From: Macrostomum hystrix
Taxonomy: Eukaryota > Animalia > Platyhelminthes
Direction of reading: 5' to 3'
Assembly: GCA_950097015.1 (NCBI GenBank)
Contig: CATNEN010000002.1
Coordinates: 186,001-250,000, forward strand
DNA: 64,000 bases
Shown: in pieces, positions 63,735-64,000 of the stretch
How the letters are laid out: each line of letters opens with the position of its first letter
How positions within the stretch are numbered: position 1 is the stretch's first letter
Program-made: the position numbers and the translations under genes
The notes under the pieces: generated by a model
The model's database searches: none
Told to the model about the DNA's origin: nothing
The model's input: the letters and a program-made list of their open reading frames with translations, nothing else

Positions 63735-64000
63735 CAGAACATCAAAGGATCGATCGATGAAATGAGGGGCGGGCGGGCGGCACATCAAAGAATTAAAGAA
63801 ATGATGGGCGGGCGGGCGGCACATCAAACGATCGATCGATGAAATGATGGGCGGGCGGGCTGCACATCAAAGGATTGAAGAAATGAAGGGCGGGCGGGCG
63901 GCACATCAAAGGATTAAAGAAATGATGAGCGGGCGGGCGGCACATCAAAGGATTAAAGAAATGATGAGCGGGCGGGCGGCACATCAAAGGATTAAAGAAA
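63735..64000. repeat. Minisatellite, ~39-bp GATGGGCGGGCGGGCGGCACATCAAAGGATTAAAGAAAT (runs off the window)
   Basis: Tandem units continuing to the window end. Confidence 0.9.

Overview
Eukaryotic, intron-rich animal genomic DNA, not prokaryotic. The GC-rich exons, satellite-filled introns and neuropeptide style suggest a free-living flatworm such as Macrostomum, but this is inference. About 40% of the window (by summing hand-mapped spans) is ~20 unrelated tandem-repeat arrays with 10-40 bp units, and these generate most of the long ORFs in the track as artefacts. Eleven protein-coding genes could be assembled by hand with phase-consistent GT-AG junctions: BolA (BOLA1-like), TPRG1/TPRG1L-like, PIG-Q, ALKBH7, an orphan 4-TM polyQ protein, ASF1, a kelch-repeat protein, an orphan class A peptide-type GPCR and three secreted neuropeptide-precursor candidates. 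Two SINE-like families, a nested retroposon with a 13-bp TSD and two MITE-like elements are also present. The best leads are (i) a precursor ending in -VRIRF-G-stop that appears only after splicing through an NPF-type intron, (ii) an 11-bp core CCTGTTAGAYA shared by five otherwise unrelated satellites, (iii) two further orphan peptide precursors, (iv) a BolA N-terminal extension with no in-frame ATG that might use a spliced-leader AUG, and (v) a PIG-Q exon bracketed by inverted SINEs. All coordinates were counted by hand, and repeat boundaries are approximate.
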